Positions 7,174-14,245 of a stretch of DNA of 18,545 bases are shown one piece after another. The notes under the pieces were generated by a model that worked only from the letters and a program-made list of their open reading frames with translations, searched no databases and was not told where the DNA came from. The position numbers were made by a program, and so were the translations under genes. Origin of the DNA: an uncultured Pseudomonadota bacterium (GTDB taxonomy: Bacteria; Myxococcota_A; Polyangia; Fen-1088). Numbering within the stretch: position 1 is the first letter of the stretch; the number at the start of each line of letters is the position of its first letter. The stretch spans positions 1 to 18,545 of the forward strand of contig CAWKBC010000043.1 in NCBI GenBank assembly GCA_963847705.1. The letters are read 5' to 3'.

Positions 7174-8714
7174 CAGGCGGCCTCCCGCGCGAGGGCGGCG
7201 GCGATCCGGCCGGCGACCCGCAGCGCGTTGGCGGTGATCGTGAGGCTGGGGTTCACGCCGCCGGAGGTTGGCATGAAGCTGCCGTCGACGACATGGAGAT
7301 TGGGCAGGGCCCAGAACCGGCAATCGGGATCGAGCACCCCTGCCATGCGCGAGCGCGAAAAGCGGGCCGTTCCGACGGCGTGCGAGAAGCTGTCGATGAG
7401 CCGCACCTTGCCCACCAGGCCGCCGGCCCGCCGCAGGACCCGACGCGCCAGCGCGACCAGGGTGTCGCGCCGCCGTCGATCCGCGTCGGTGTAGTCGTGG
7501 GTCACCTCGGCGACGGGAAGTCCCTCGCCGTCGAGACGATCGGGGGCCAGGGTGACCCGGTTTTCGGCGCGCGGCTCGTCCTCCGCCACGCAGAGCAAGG
7601 TCTGGATGCTGTCGGCCGACACCGAGGCGGCCCAGCGAAAGCCGCGGGGACCGAGCGCCCGGACCACCTCACGCGGGGGCATGCACATGTCCTGAATGAC
7701 GCCCAGCGCGGTCCCGTCCTCCGCGCGCACCGACTCGTAGCGATCGGTGATGCAGATCTGCTTGTGATTGATCGCCCCGGGATTGGTTCGAAAGGGGAAC
7801 ACGTAGCCGACCATCGCGTTGCAGTGCCGCATGAGGTTGCGCCCGAGGGCCCCCGACTGATCGAGCCGGGCCAGATCGGATCTGAGCATCAGCGCCGGCG
7901 TCTCCAGCGCCCCCGCCGAGAGAATGTAGGTGCGCGCGCTCAGCTTGAGCCGGCGCCCGCCCTGGCGATCGATCGCCTCCAGGCCCACGATCCGCCCGTC
8001 TCGTTCGAACAGGCGCGCCACCTGCGTGCGCGCCAGGATGGTGAGCCGGGTCGGATCGGCCTTCTTCAGCGCCGTCTGGGTCATGTCGTTCTTGGCGCCA
8101 ATCCGGCAAGGGAAGCCGTCGCAGGTGAAGCAGTTGAGGCAGTGGGGCTCGCGCGGACCGAAGTGGTTGATGGCGATCGGGAGCTGGAAGGGGTGCAGCC
8201 CGAGCGCGGTCGCCGCGTCGTAGATCCGGCGCGCCGGCGCGGTCAGCGCCAGCGGCGGGAAGGGGTAGTCGCCCGTGCGGGGCGGCCCGCAGGGGTCTTC
8301 GCCGGCGCGTCCGTGGACCTCGAGCAGCGCCTCCGCTTCTGCGTAGTGCGGCTCGAGCTCGGCGTACGAGATCGGCCAGCGCGCAAAGTCGGTGGTCCGC
8401 AGCCGCAGCGTCGCGCCGCCGAAGAAGACCGAGTTGCCGCCGACGACCTCGTTGGGGAAGGTCTCGACGGCCTCCCTGGCGCCCTCCTGCCGCACGAGCA
8501 CCGGCGTCTGGCCGCGGTAGCGCCCTTCGAGCAGGATGGCCCGCCCATTCCAGTCCATCTCGTCGCGGTTCGGCCAGCCGCCGCGTTCGATCAGGAGGAC
8601 CCGCAACCCGGCCCGGGAGAGCGCATAGGCGGCCGTCGCGCCGCCGAACCCGGAGCCGGCGATCATGACGTCGAAGACCGTGTTCTGGAAATCGACCGGC
8701 GCGACCGCCGTCAT
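7173..8714 (-). CDS. GMC family FAD-dependent oxidoreductase, 513 aa
   Basis: Rossmann motif DVMIAGSGFGGA...LLIERG, VGGNS, Cys cluster CLNCFTCDGFPC, catalytic His (SHAVGTAR) and Asn (VDGSFMPTSGGVNPSLTI). ATG at 8714 overlaps the GT4 stop (ATGA), and its stop overlaps the asnB ATG (TGATG). Confidence 0.93.
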   Translation of the reverse strand: MTAVAPVDFQNTVFDVMIAGSGFGGATAAYALSRAGLRVLLIERGGWPNRDEMDWNGRAILLEGRYRGQTPVLVRQEGAREAVETFPNEVVGGNSVFFGGATLRLRTTDFARWPISYAELEPHYAEAEALLEVHGRAGEDPCGPPRTGDYPFPPLALTAPARRIYDAATALGLHPFQLPIAINHFGPREPHCLNCFTCDGFPCRIGAKNDMTQTALKKADPTRLTILARTQVARLFERDGRIVGLEAIDRQGGRRLKLSARTYILSAGALETPALMLRSDLARLDQSGALGRNLMRHCNAMVGYVFPFRTNPGAINHKQICITDRYESVRAEDGTALGVIQDMCMPPREVVRALGPRGFRWAASVSADSIQTLLCVAEDEPRAENRVTLAPDRLDGEGLPVAEVTHDYTDADRRRRDTLVALARRVLRRAGGLVGKVRLIDSFSHAVGTARFSRSRMAGVLDPDCRFWALPNLHVVDGSFMPTSGGVNPSLTITANALRVAGRIAAALAREAA

Positions 8715-9856
8715 GCGGGCGCTCCGGCCGCCAGCAGCTCGTCGTACACGGCCACCATCTGATCGATCACGTGGCTCGGCCGCGGCGCGAAGCGCGCCGT
8801 CACATGGGCGGTCGCGCGGCGTCCCATCTCGGCGAGCCGGGCGTCCGGCGTGGCCAACGCCTCCTCCAGCGCGCGCACGAGCGCGCCCTGACGCCCGGTG
8901 GGGATCTCCCAGCCGGTCTGGCCGGGACGGACGATCTCGTCGACGTTGGCGGCGTGCGAGAGGATCGCCGGCAGCCTGGCCGCGCACCCTTCCAGCGCGG
9001 CGTTGGCCAGGCCTTCGTAGAGCGACGGCATCAGCAAGAGGTCCGAGGCCCAGTAGAGCGAACGAACGTCCTTCACCGCGCCGAGAAAGCGCACCGAGGC
9101 GGCGATGCGCGGCTCGCGCGCCAGGCGCCGGCAGAGCGCGCTGGTCGCGCGATCGCGCTCGCGCCCGGCGAAGAGGACCACCACGTCGCTCGGCCAGCGG
9201 CCACGCCGGGCCAGCGCACGCATCGCCCACAGAACGCCCAGCTGGTGCTTCTGCAGGCCGACCCGCCCCGGCAGCACGACGGCGCGCCGCCCGGCCGGGA
9301 GATCCCAGGCGGCGCGGGCGGCCGTGCGTTCGGCCTCCGTGGGCGGACGAAAATGATTCACGTCGAGGAGATTGTAGATGACGCGGATCTTGTCCGGGCG
9401 CACGCCGCCCCAGCTGACCAGCTCGTGGCGCACGCCCACGGAGTTCACCAGGATGAGGCGGCTCTTGCGCGACATGAACCGCTCGCTGAGCAGGTAACGC
9501 AGCTCCATCATTCGATTGCGGCAAGCGGTGATGGTGATCGGCACGCCCGCCCGCGCCCCGGCCCAGCGCGCCCAGAAGTTCGCCTTGTCCCGGTACGAGT
9601 GCAGGATGTCGGGCTTCTCGCGACGGAGAATCTCGGTCAGGCGCTCGAGCGCGCCGAGATTCATCCGGCGCACCCCCAGCGCGTGCGCCGGCTGCCCCGG
9701 CGGGCAGCGGGCCCCCCAGAAGACGTCGTCGGCGTGGTAGACGCAGAGAACCGGCTCGAAGCGGGGCGGCAGTTGGTTGATGAGCTCGAGGATCTGTCCC
9801 TCGGGCCCCCCCTGCTGGAGGTTGGGGATGAAATAAAATATTTTGATGCGCGCCAT
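8711..9856 (-). CDS. Glycosyltransferase family 4 (GT-B fold, retaining), 381 aa
   Basis: N-terminal IPNLQQGGPE, KPDILHS, VIYN, GRVGLQKH, FLG and the EX7E motif PSLYEGLANAALE. Confidence 0.93.
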   Translation of the reverse strand: MARIKIFYFIPNLQQGGPEGQILELINQLPPRFEPVLCVYHADDVFWGARCPPGQPAHALGVRRMNLGALERLTEILRREKPDILHSYRDKANFWARWAGARAGVPITITACRNRMMELRYLLSERFMSRKSRLILVNSVGVRHELVSWGGVRPDKIRVIYNLLDVNHFRPPTEAERTAARAAWDLPAGRRAVVLPGRVGLQKHQLGVLWAMRALARRGRWPSDVVVLFAGRERDRATSALCRRLAREPRIAASVRFLGAVKDVRSLYWASDLLLMPSLYEGLANAALEGCAARLPAILSHAANVDEIVRPGQTGWEIPTGRQGALVRALEEALATPDARLAEMGRRATAHVTARFAPRPSHVIDQMVAVYDELLAAGAPA

Positions 9857-9881
9857 GCGTGGAGACCGTCGGACGATGCAA

Positions 9882-9887
9882 ATTCTA
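9882..9887 (-). promoter_or_regulatory. Putative -10 element (TAGAAT) for the GT4-GMC-asnB operon
   Basis: TAGAAT lies 25 nt upstream of the GT4 ATG within a 39-bp divergent gap. No clear -35. Confidence 0.4.
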
Positions 9888-9895
9888 TCCCGCTA

Positions 9896-10921
9896 ATGCA
9901 AGCCGTCTCCCCTTGCTTCATCGGATGCGGCGCCATGAACGCCCGCCACATCCGGCTCTACAAGAGATTGCGCCCCGGCGTTCCGTTCGCCGTGGCCAGC
10001 CGCGATCCAGAGCGCGCGCGCAACTTCGGCCACAGCCTGGGAGCGAAGGACTGCTTCGGCAGCTACGAGGAGGCGTTCCGCTCCGGCTACCAGGCGATGG
10101 TGATCGGCGTGCCGCCCCGGACCCACGCCGACCTCATCGAGGCGGGCCTGAGCGCCGGCAAGCACCTCTTGATCGAAAAGCCCGTCCTGGCGCGATTCGA
10201 GGAGCTGGAGCGCCTCTGGCCGATGCTCAAGCGCCCCGGCCCGACGGTGATGGTCGCCGAGAACCTGCACTACGCGCCGTTTCACCGACGCCTGAAGGCG
10301 CTGCTGGGCGACCCGGGCCTGGGGCGGCCGTTGATTCTGGATCTCATCCGCCTGGGACGTTCGAAGCCGACCGGGTGGCGCGCCGATCCGGCCGAGATGC
10401 CGCTCGGCGCCTTGCACGAGGGGGGCGTCCACTGGATCCGGCGCTTGCTGGATCTGGCGGCGGCGTTCGAGCCCAACGGCGCGGATCAGGTCGTCGACGT
10501 GTTCGCGACCGGCCCTGCGCGGCCCGTCACCGCCACGCCCGGTGAGGACACGATGATGATCGTGGGGCGTCATCGCTCCGGGCTGACGTCGCGCCTCCTC
10601 CACACCTGGGCCGTCCCCTGGCGATTCCCCCCCTTCGATTCCTCGAAGGTTCTGCTCGAGCATGGCGCGCTCTACTTCGACGCCCGCAGCCTCTACGGCC
10701 GGTTCTACGGACCAACCAAGAGGCGCTGGCTCTGGCCCAGCGTTCGCGATGCTTCGGGCTACCAGGCCATGTGGACCGACTTTCTCAGGGCGGCCGAGAC
10801 GGGACGCCCGCCCGAGCTGACGCTCGAGCAGCTGTTCGCCGACTTTGCCTATCTGGACGCCGCGTACCGCTCGAAGACGAGCGGCCAGCCGGAGCGGCCG
10901 AAACAGCCGCCTGCCGGCTGA
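9896..10921 (+). CDS. Gfo/Idh/MocA family NAD(P)-dependent oxidoreductase, 341 aa
   Basis: FIGCGAMN dinucleotide-binding loop, HADLIEAGLSAGKHLLIEKP, VAEN, and GWR...GALHEGGVHWI. Start placed at ATG 9896, inside track ORF 8771..10921. Confidence 0.9.
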   Translation: MQAVSPCFIGCGAMNARHIRLYKRLRPGVPFAVASRDPERARNFGHSLGAKDCFGSYEEAFRSGYQAMVIGVPPRTHADLIEAGLSAGKHLLIEKPVLARFEELERLWPMLKRPGPTVMVAENLHYAPFHRRLKALLGDPGLGRPLILDLIRLGRSKPTGWRADPAEMPLGALHEGGVHWIRRLLDLAAAFEPNGADQVVDVFATGPARPVTATPGEDTMMIVGRHRSGLTSRLLHTWAVPWRFPPFDSSKVLLEHGALYFDARSLYGRFYGPTKRRWLWPSVRDASGYQAMWTDFLRAAETGRPPELTLEQLFADFAYLDAAYRSKTSGQPERPKQPPAG

Positions 10922-10923
10922 GC

Positions 10924-10960
10924 GGCCGAGCGCAGGGACAGCTCGACGGGCTCGGCCTTT
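10924..10960. terminator. Hairpin between convergent genes (possible terminator)
   Basis: 8-bp stem GGCCGAGC (10924-10931)/GCTCGGCC (10950-10957) followed by TTT. The loop is long (18 nt) and the U-tract is short. Confidence 0.35.
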
Positions 10961-11688
10961 CAATCGGGGCCGTAGCCGAAGCCGCCACGCGCGAGGATGG
11001 CGTCGGCGTGGGCGCGTTCTTCCGGCAGGTCGACCTCCAGCCAGCCGTGACCGCTGATGTCGCGGCAGAGCGGCGGGTGCCCTTCGTCGGCGAGGCGCGC
11101 GAGCACCCGCTCGACGTGGATGGCGCGCCCTTCCTCGGTTTGCGCCGCTTGCACCGCCGCCCAATAGCGATCGGCGGCGGCGACCGGCACCTTGGTCATG
11201 CCGACGTATCCGGCGTCGAACGTGGTCAGGGTCTTGGAGATGCGGGACACCCGCCCACGCGCGTCGCGCTCGACCTTCATGTCGTCGGCGCCGAGAGTCC
11301 GATCGGTGTCGATGAACGCGGTGACGTCGGTGGCGTCGGCGGACGCCAGCGCCGCGATGGGCGCCCGGTAGATGTGGTCGACGTTCATCAAGAGGAACTC
11401 GTCGACGACCAGCGCGCGCGCCGCCTGCAGCGACACCAGGTTTCCGTCGCGAAAGGCGCGGTTCTCGATCAGCGTCACTGGCAGCTCTCTCTGGGCGACC
11501 TCGGCGGCCACCAGATCGAAGCCGTATCCGCCGACGACGATGATGCCGCTGGCGCCCGCGGCGCGCGCAAACCGCACCGCATGCACCAGCAGCGGCTCAC
11601 CACCGACGGGAATGAGCGCCTTGGGGAGGTGCTCGGTCAGCGCGCCGAGGCGGCTCCCGAGGCCCGCCGCCAGCAACACCGCTTGCAT
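10960..11688 (-). CDS. Phospho-alcohol cytidylyltransferase (LicC/IPCT-like NTP transferase), 242 aa
   Basis: LLAAGLGSRL...PKALIPVGG signature, GNLVSL, LMNVDH, DDMKV and C-terminal WLEVDLPEE, typical of choline-, inositol- and phosphonate-type cytidylyltransferases. Confidence 0.88.
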   Translation of the reverse strand: MQAVLLAAGLGSRLGALTEHLPKALIPVGGEPLLVHAVRFARAAGASGIIVVGGYGFDLVAAEVAQRELPVTLIENRAFRDGNLVSLQAARALVVDEFLLMNVDHIYRAPIAALASADATDVTAFIDTDRTLGADDMKVERDARGRVSRISKTLTTFDAGYVGMTKVPVAAADRYWAAVQAAQTEEGRAIHVERVLARLADEGHPPLCRDISGHGWLEVDLPEERAHADAILARGGFGYGPD

Positions 11689-11702
11689 GGGTCCCGGCGG
11701 CT

Positions 11703-12464
11703 CTACTGAAACAGGTCCGGCAGAGCGGCGAAGCGCCGAACCACGGGGACCTGCGGGAAGCGGAGCATGAAGCGCTCCGGGGAGAAGGTCGTCGCCACGC
11801 CCACGAACGGGACCCCTTCGCGCTCGGCGATCTCGCCGTCGTGCAGCGAGTCCCCCACGAACAGCATCTCCTGTCGATCGACCTCGAAGAAGCGCGACAC
11901 CGCGTCGAAGTGCGGGCGCCCCTTGGCGAGGCCGCCGCCGAACCCCAGCGTCAGATCGAACCCGAAGTCCGAGGCGCGGGCGAAGGTGTCGACGTTCTCC
12001 ACCCCGTTGTTCGACGACACGACGATCCGCACGCCGGCCGCACGGAGGTCTTCCAGCGCCCGCCGCGTCTCGGCCGGCATCTGGATGGCGTTGCAGCGGG
12101 CCGGCTTCTGCGACTCGAACTGCTCCGAGGCGCGCGCGTTGCGCGGATCGCCCGGGTAGATCTCTTCCAGCTGGCCGGCGAACGGCAGGCCGCAGGTCGC
12201 CAGGTAGAGCTCACGCGAAAGGATGGCCGGCGTCGCGTAGACCTCTTCCATCACCTCGGCGGCGATCTCGGCCAGCGTCGGCATGCTGTCGATGAGCGTC
12301 CCGTCGAGATCGCACAGCAAGACGCGCGGAAGCGGCAGGTGCGCGAGCGCCGGACGGCGCGCGACGCCCGGACCCCGGAGCGCGGCGCCCGATGATCCCA
12401 GTGACGGATTGCTCAGTGACGGCTTGGCGAGGGCGGGGGCGACGAAAAAGCCTGAAGCGGACAT
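11703..12464 (-). CDS. HAD superfamily phosphatase, ~253 aa
   Basis: Motif I CDLDGTLIDS, motif II VSSN, motif III K (LAKGRP), motif IV FVGDSLHD. Start placed at ATG 12464 because the track start at 12734 overlaps the Omp85 gene. Confidence 0.88.
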   Translation of the reverse strand: MSASGFFVAPALAKPSLSNPSLGSSGAALRGPGVARRPALAHLPLPRVLLCDLDGTLIDSMPTLAEIAAEVMEEVYATPAILSRELYLATCGLPFAGQLEEIYPGDPRNARASEQFESQKPARCNAIQMPAETRRALEDLRAAGVRIVVSSNNGVENVDTFARASDFGFDLTLGFGGGLAKGRPHFDAVSRFFEVDRQEMLFVGDSLHDGEIAEREGVPFVGVATTFSPERFMLRFPQVPVVRRFAALPDLFQ

Positions 12465-12478
12465 GGACCATGGGGAAC

Positions 12479-12494
12479 AGCAAGGTTGACGCCA
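12479..12494 (-). promoter_or_regulatory. Sigma54 (-24/-12) promoter for the HAD-cytidylyltransferase unit
   Basis: The minus strand reads TGGCGT-CAACC-TTGCT against the consensus TGGCAC-N5-TTGCW, with exact GG-N10-GC spacing. Confidence 0.7.
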
Positions 12495-12509
12495 ACGGCC
12501 ATCCCAGTC

Positions 12510-12522
12510 TAACAAGTTGGAA
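12510..12522. promoter_or_regulatory. IHF-like binding site
   Basis: Minus-strand TTCCAACTTGTTA matches WATCAANNNNTTR with 2 mismatches and sits in an AT-rich patch between the promoter and the enhancer. Confidence 0.4.
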
Positions 12523-12551
12523 TAACGTGGTTTTGTCGTAACGGGCGGCGG

Positions 12552-12575
12552 GATCTGTTCAATTTCTGACAGATC
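12552..12575. promoter_or_regulatory. Palindromic enhancer (bEBP UAS) GATCTGT-N10-ACAGATC
   Basis: 7-bp perfect inverted arms with a TGT-N10-ACA core, centred about 95 bp upstream of the predicted sigma54 start site. Confidence 0.6.
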
Positions 12576-12621
12576 ACCTGACCACTTTCCAACATCCAGG
12601 CCCCCGCCTGGGCCGGCCGGT

Positions 12622-14094
12622 CTAGGCGCCGACGACGATGATGAACTGCCAGTTCCTGGCTTCGATCCCGTAGCCGAAGTCGACCCCGACCAGGGGCACC
12701 GCGACCGAGCGCAGGAAGAACCGCAGCCCGACACCGACGTCGTTGTGGATGCTGTCCTTGCTCAACCCGGTCGACTGCATCGTCGGGAACGTGCGCGCGT
12801 CGGTGGTGTTGCGCTGGATGTACGTGGTGCCGTAGCCCTGGCCGTTGGGATCGGTGACCGGCATGCCATCCGGCGGGTTCCGGAACCAGACGGCCTGAAA
12901 GTCGTAAAACCCGAGCGCACGGAAGTCGAGCGAGCTGATCGAGAAGAGCGGGAAGTGGTACTCGAGCTTGCCGCCGAGCTGGGTGTCGCCGCGAAACTGC
13001 TGGCCGAGATAACCACGCAGGTTGGTCCCTCCCGCGGTGTTCTCGTTCCAGAACGGCAGATTGTGACCCGCCGTGGCGTTGGCCGAGTAAACCAGGTTGT
13101 GCGACTTGAAGAACTTGATCCCCTGTTCCCAGCCGACGCCGCCACGATAAAAGTCGAAGTCGCTGCCGAACGCCGAGCTGCCGTAGTCGAAGTTGAGGCT
13201 GAGCGCTTCGCCGGTCATGACCGCGAACTCGCGCGCGCGAAAGTCGAAGCTCAGGTTGGCGCGCCCGAAGCCCGAGGTGCCCCCCTTGGTCGCCGGGACC
13301 AGCGGGACGCTGGTGTTGGAGGGGAGATCCGAGCCGGTCTGCAGGGGTGGATTGGGCGGCGGCAGGCCCGGATCAATCCCGGCGCCAAAGTACGAGAATT
13401 TCTCCAAATGCCAGGCCACCTGGGTCCTCACCCGGCGCATCCAGGCGACGCCGAAGGAGGGCTCGAACCCGTACGAGAAGAGCCGGGTCTCGCGGAATTC
13501 GAAGGGGTTGCCGAGCGTGGCGACGCCCATCGGCGTCACGCCTGAGTTCTGATACTCGGGGATCACCTGACGCTGGATCACCCCCTGCAGCTGCCAGTAC
13601 ATCCAGGTCCCGAACAGCGAGGGATCGCGGTAGGCGAGGACGGCGCCTGAATCGATCTGGGCCAGGCGCGCGCCGATCAGGAGCTGCTTGCCGCGTCCGA
13701 ACAGGTTGCCGTGCACGAACAGGAGCCCGATCGATTTGTTGTTCGAAGACCAGGAGGCGGTGGGGACCGGCGCCCAGGGGAACTTGTCCTTGACCGAGAT
13801 GTTGACCCGCACGCCTGAGCCGTGCGGCTCCCACCAGACGTTGACGTCGGAGAAGAGGCCTGTCGTGTTGAGCCGCTCGCGCACCATGTCGAGCGTGTCG
13901 GCCTCCAGCGTGTCGCCGATGGAGACACCGGCGACCGAACGGACCGTCGATTCTTCCGTGCGCTGGTTGTCGAGCACCCGGACGTCGGTGATCTCTTCAC
14001 CGACCGCGAAGGCCGGTCGGGGCGAAGCCGCAATGCCAATGGCAATCGCCAGGATTGCGAGCGTTCCCCGCGCGGTGAGTCGAAGCGAGGCCAT
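12622..14094 (-). CDS. Omp85/BamA-TamA superfamily outer-membrane protein with a single POTRA domain, 490 aa
   Basis: Signal peptide ending PAFA, POTRA-like ITDVRVLDNQRTEESTV...RLNTTGLFSDVNV, barrel entry GNLFGRGK, loop-6 LRGY, and GVGLRF...VDFGYG C-terminal strands. Confidence 0.88.
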   Translation of the reverse strand: MASLRLTARGTLAILAIAIGIAASPRPAFAVGEEITDVRVLDNQRTEESTVRSVAGVSIGDTLEADTLDMVRERLNTTGLFSDVNVWWEPHGSGVRVNISVKDKFPWAPVPTASWSSNNKSIGLLFVHGNLFGRGKQLLIGARLAQIDSGAVLAYRDPSLFGTWMYWQLQGVIQRQVIPEYQNSGVTPMGVATLGNPFEFRETRLFSYGFEPSFGVAWMRRVRTQVAWHLEKFSYFGAGIDPGLPPPNPPLQTGSDLPSNTSVPLVPATKGGTSGFGRANLSFDFRAREFAVMTGEALSLNFDYGSSAFGSDFDFYRGGVGWEQGIKFFKSHNLVYSANATAGHNLPFWNENTAGGTNLRGYLGQQFRGDTQLGGKLEYHFPLFSISSLDFRALGFYDFQAVWFRNPPDGMPVTDPNGQGYGTTYIQRNTTDARTFPTMQSTGLSKDSIHNDVGVGLRFFLRSVAVPLVGVDFGYGIEARNWQFIIVVGA

Positions 14095-14105
14095 GCTTAA
14101 GGATA
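14095..14105 (-). promoter_or_regulatory. Putative leaderless -10 (TATCCT-N5-ATG) for the Omp85 gene
   Basis: The minus strand reads TATCCT taagc ATG, with no Shine-Dalgarno. Confidence 0.4.
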
Positions 14106-14106
14106 T

Positions 14107-14155
14107 CGGTGAGAACGCCATTCGTAAACAGCAAGCGCCTTTCCGGTGAGAACGC
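14107..14155. repeat. 12-bp direct repeat CGGTGAGAACGC x2 in the divergent promoter region
   Basis: Identical copies at 14107-14118 and 14144-14155 (37-bp period). Confidence 0.7.
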
Positions 14156-14227
14156 GTGTGGGGGCCCACCGAGATCCCTTGTAAGGGAAAACCCGTTCCG
14201 CGAATGCCCCACCGACGGGGAAATTCC

Positions 14228-14236
14228 TGCTAACGT
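14228..14236 (+). promoter_or_regulatory. Putative extended -10 (TGc-TAACGT) for the MMPL gene; near-leaderless
   Basis: TGcTAACGT ends 9 nt before ATG 14246, with no Shine-Dalgarno. Confidence 0.4.
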
Positions 14237-14245
14237 GCGGCGCGT

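Noticed and set aside
5158-7323. 721-aa ORF as an intact AsnB with a novel C-terminus
   Set aside because: The true start is the Met-Cys at 7173, and the conserved C-terminal motifs are in another frame after ~5822. The tail is frameshift junk.
7173-9881. 902-aa ORF as a large GMC fusion
   Set aside because: The first ~389 residues are an alternative frame over the GT4 gene. The GMC begins at ATG 8714 with an ATGA overlap.
8771-10921. 716-aa ORF
   Set aside because: Only the part from ATG 9896 has Gfo/Idh/MocA motifs. The rest is antisense to GT4.
12622-14094. Calling the Omp85 gene bamA or tamA
   Set aside because: It is too short, has only one POTRA, and lacks the usual context (skp/lpxD or tamB).
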